Below are positions 63,964-64,000 of a stretch of DNA of 64,000 nucleotides, piece after piece. Made by a program: the position numbers and the translations under genes. The notes under the pieces were generated by a model. That model saw only the letters and a list, made by a program, of their open reading frames with translations. It was not told where the DNA came from and searched no databases. Each line of letters starts with the position of its first letter. The stretch's first letter is position 1. The stretch is from NCBI GenBank assembly GCA_041739995.1, contig JBGSMV010000042.1, forward strand, positions 1 to 64,000, given 5' to 3'. Origin of the DNA: Bdellovibrionota bacterium. Lineage in GTDB: Bacteria; Bdellovibrionota_C; UBA2361; JBGSMV01.

Positions 63964-64000
63964 GGGCGAGAAAAGAGATTGGGGGTTTGGGCGCGCTGCG

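Overview
Bacterial chromosomal window (roughly 50-55% GC by eye), mostly housekeeping genes plus envelope and pilus genes. Gene order (pilM-N-O-Q, TPR protein, accB-accC), orphan Tad genes and a GldA/F/G-like ABC cassette with DUF4340 suggest a deltaproteobacterial-grade organism (Bdellovibrionota/Myxococcota-like; inference only). Recognisable loci: ppk2, mtnN, feoA-feoB plus Cys-rich peptide, class III FBPase, cpaB, PBP1A, mpl, priA, pilMNO-Q, accBC, SRP RNA-dnaX-ybaB-recR-tRNA-Asn, a TadE-TadE-TadG cassette and an atypical arginine operon. Best candidate for an undescribed system is that operon (59.1-64.0 kb, minus strand). It reads HTH/ACT-domain protein, DUF1611/DgcN-like P-loop protein (translationally coupled to argC), argC, an N-acyl-ornithine transcarbamylase with succinyl-type residues, argB. 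It has no argA, argJ or argR, suggesting a non-canonical N-acylglutamate synthase and possibly a new arginine-responsive regulator. Other highlights: two 210-bp structured tandem repeats carrying the tRNA-Asn 3' end and an antisense copy of its T-arm; a GxxExxY nuclease pseudogene (absent from the ORF track) between 29-bp inverted repeats; a pil operon lacking pilP whose secretin has a lipobox; a stand-alone RNA polymerase alpha-CTD-like protein; a DtxR/MntR-like operator at the feo promoter; and a cyclophilin lacking its catalytic Arg. All calls come from motif reading by eye; no database searches were run.
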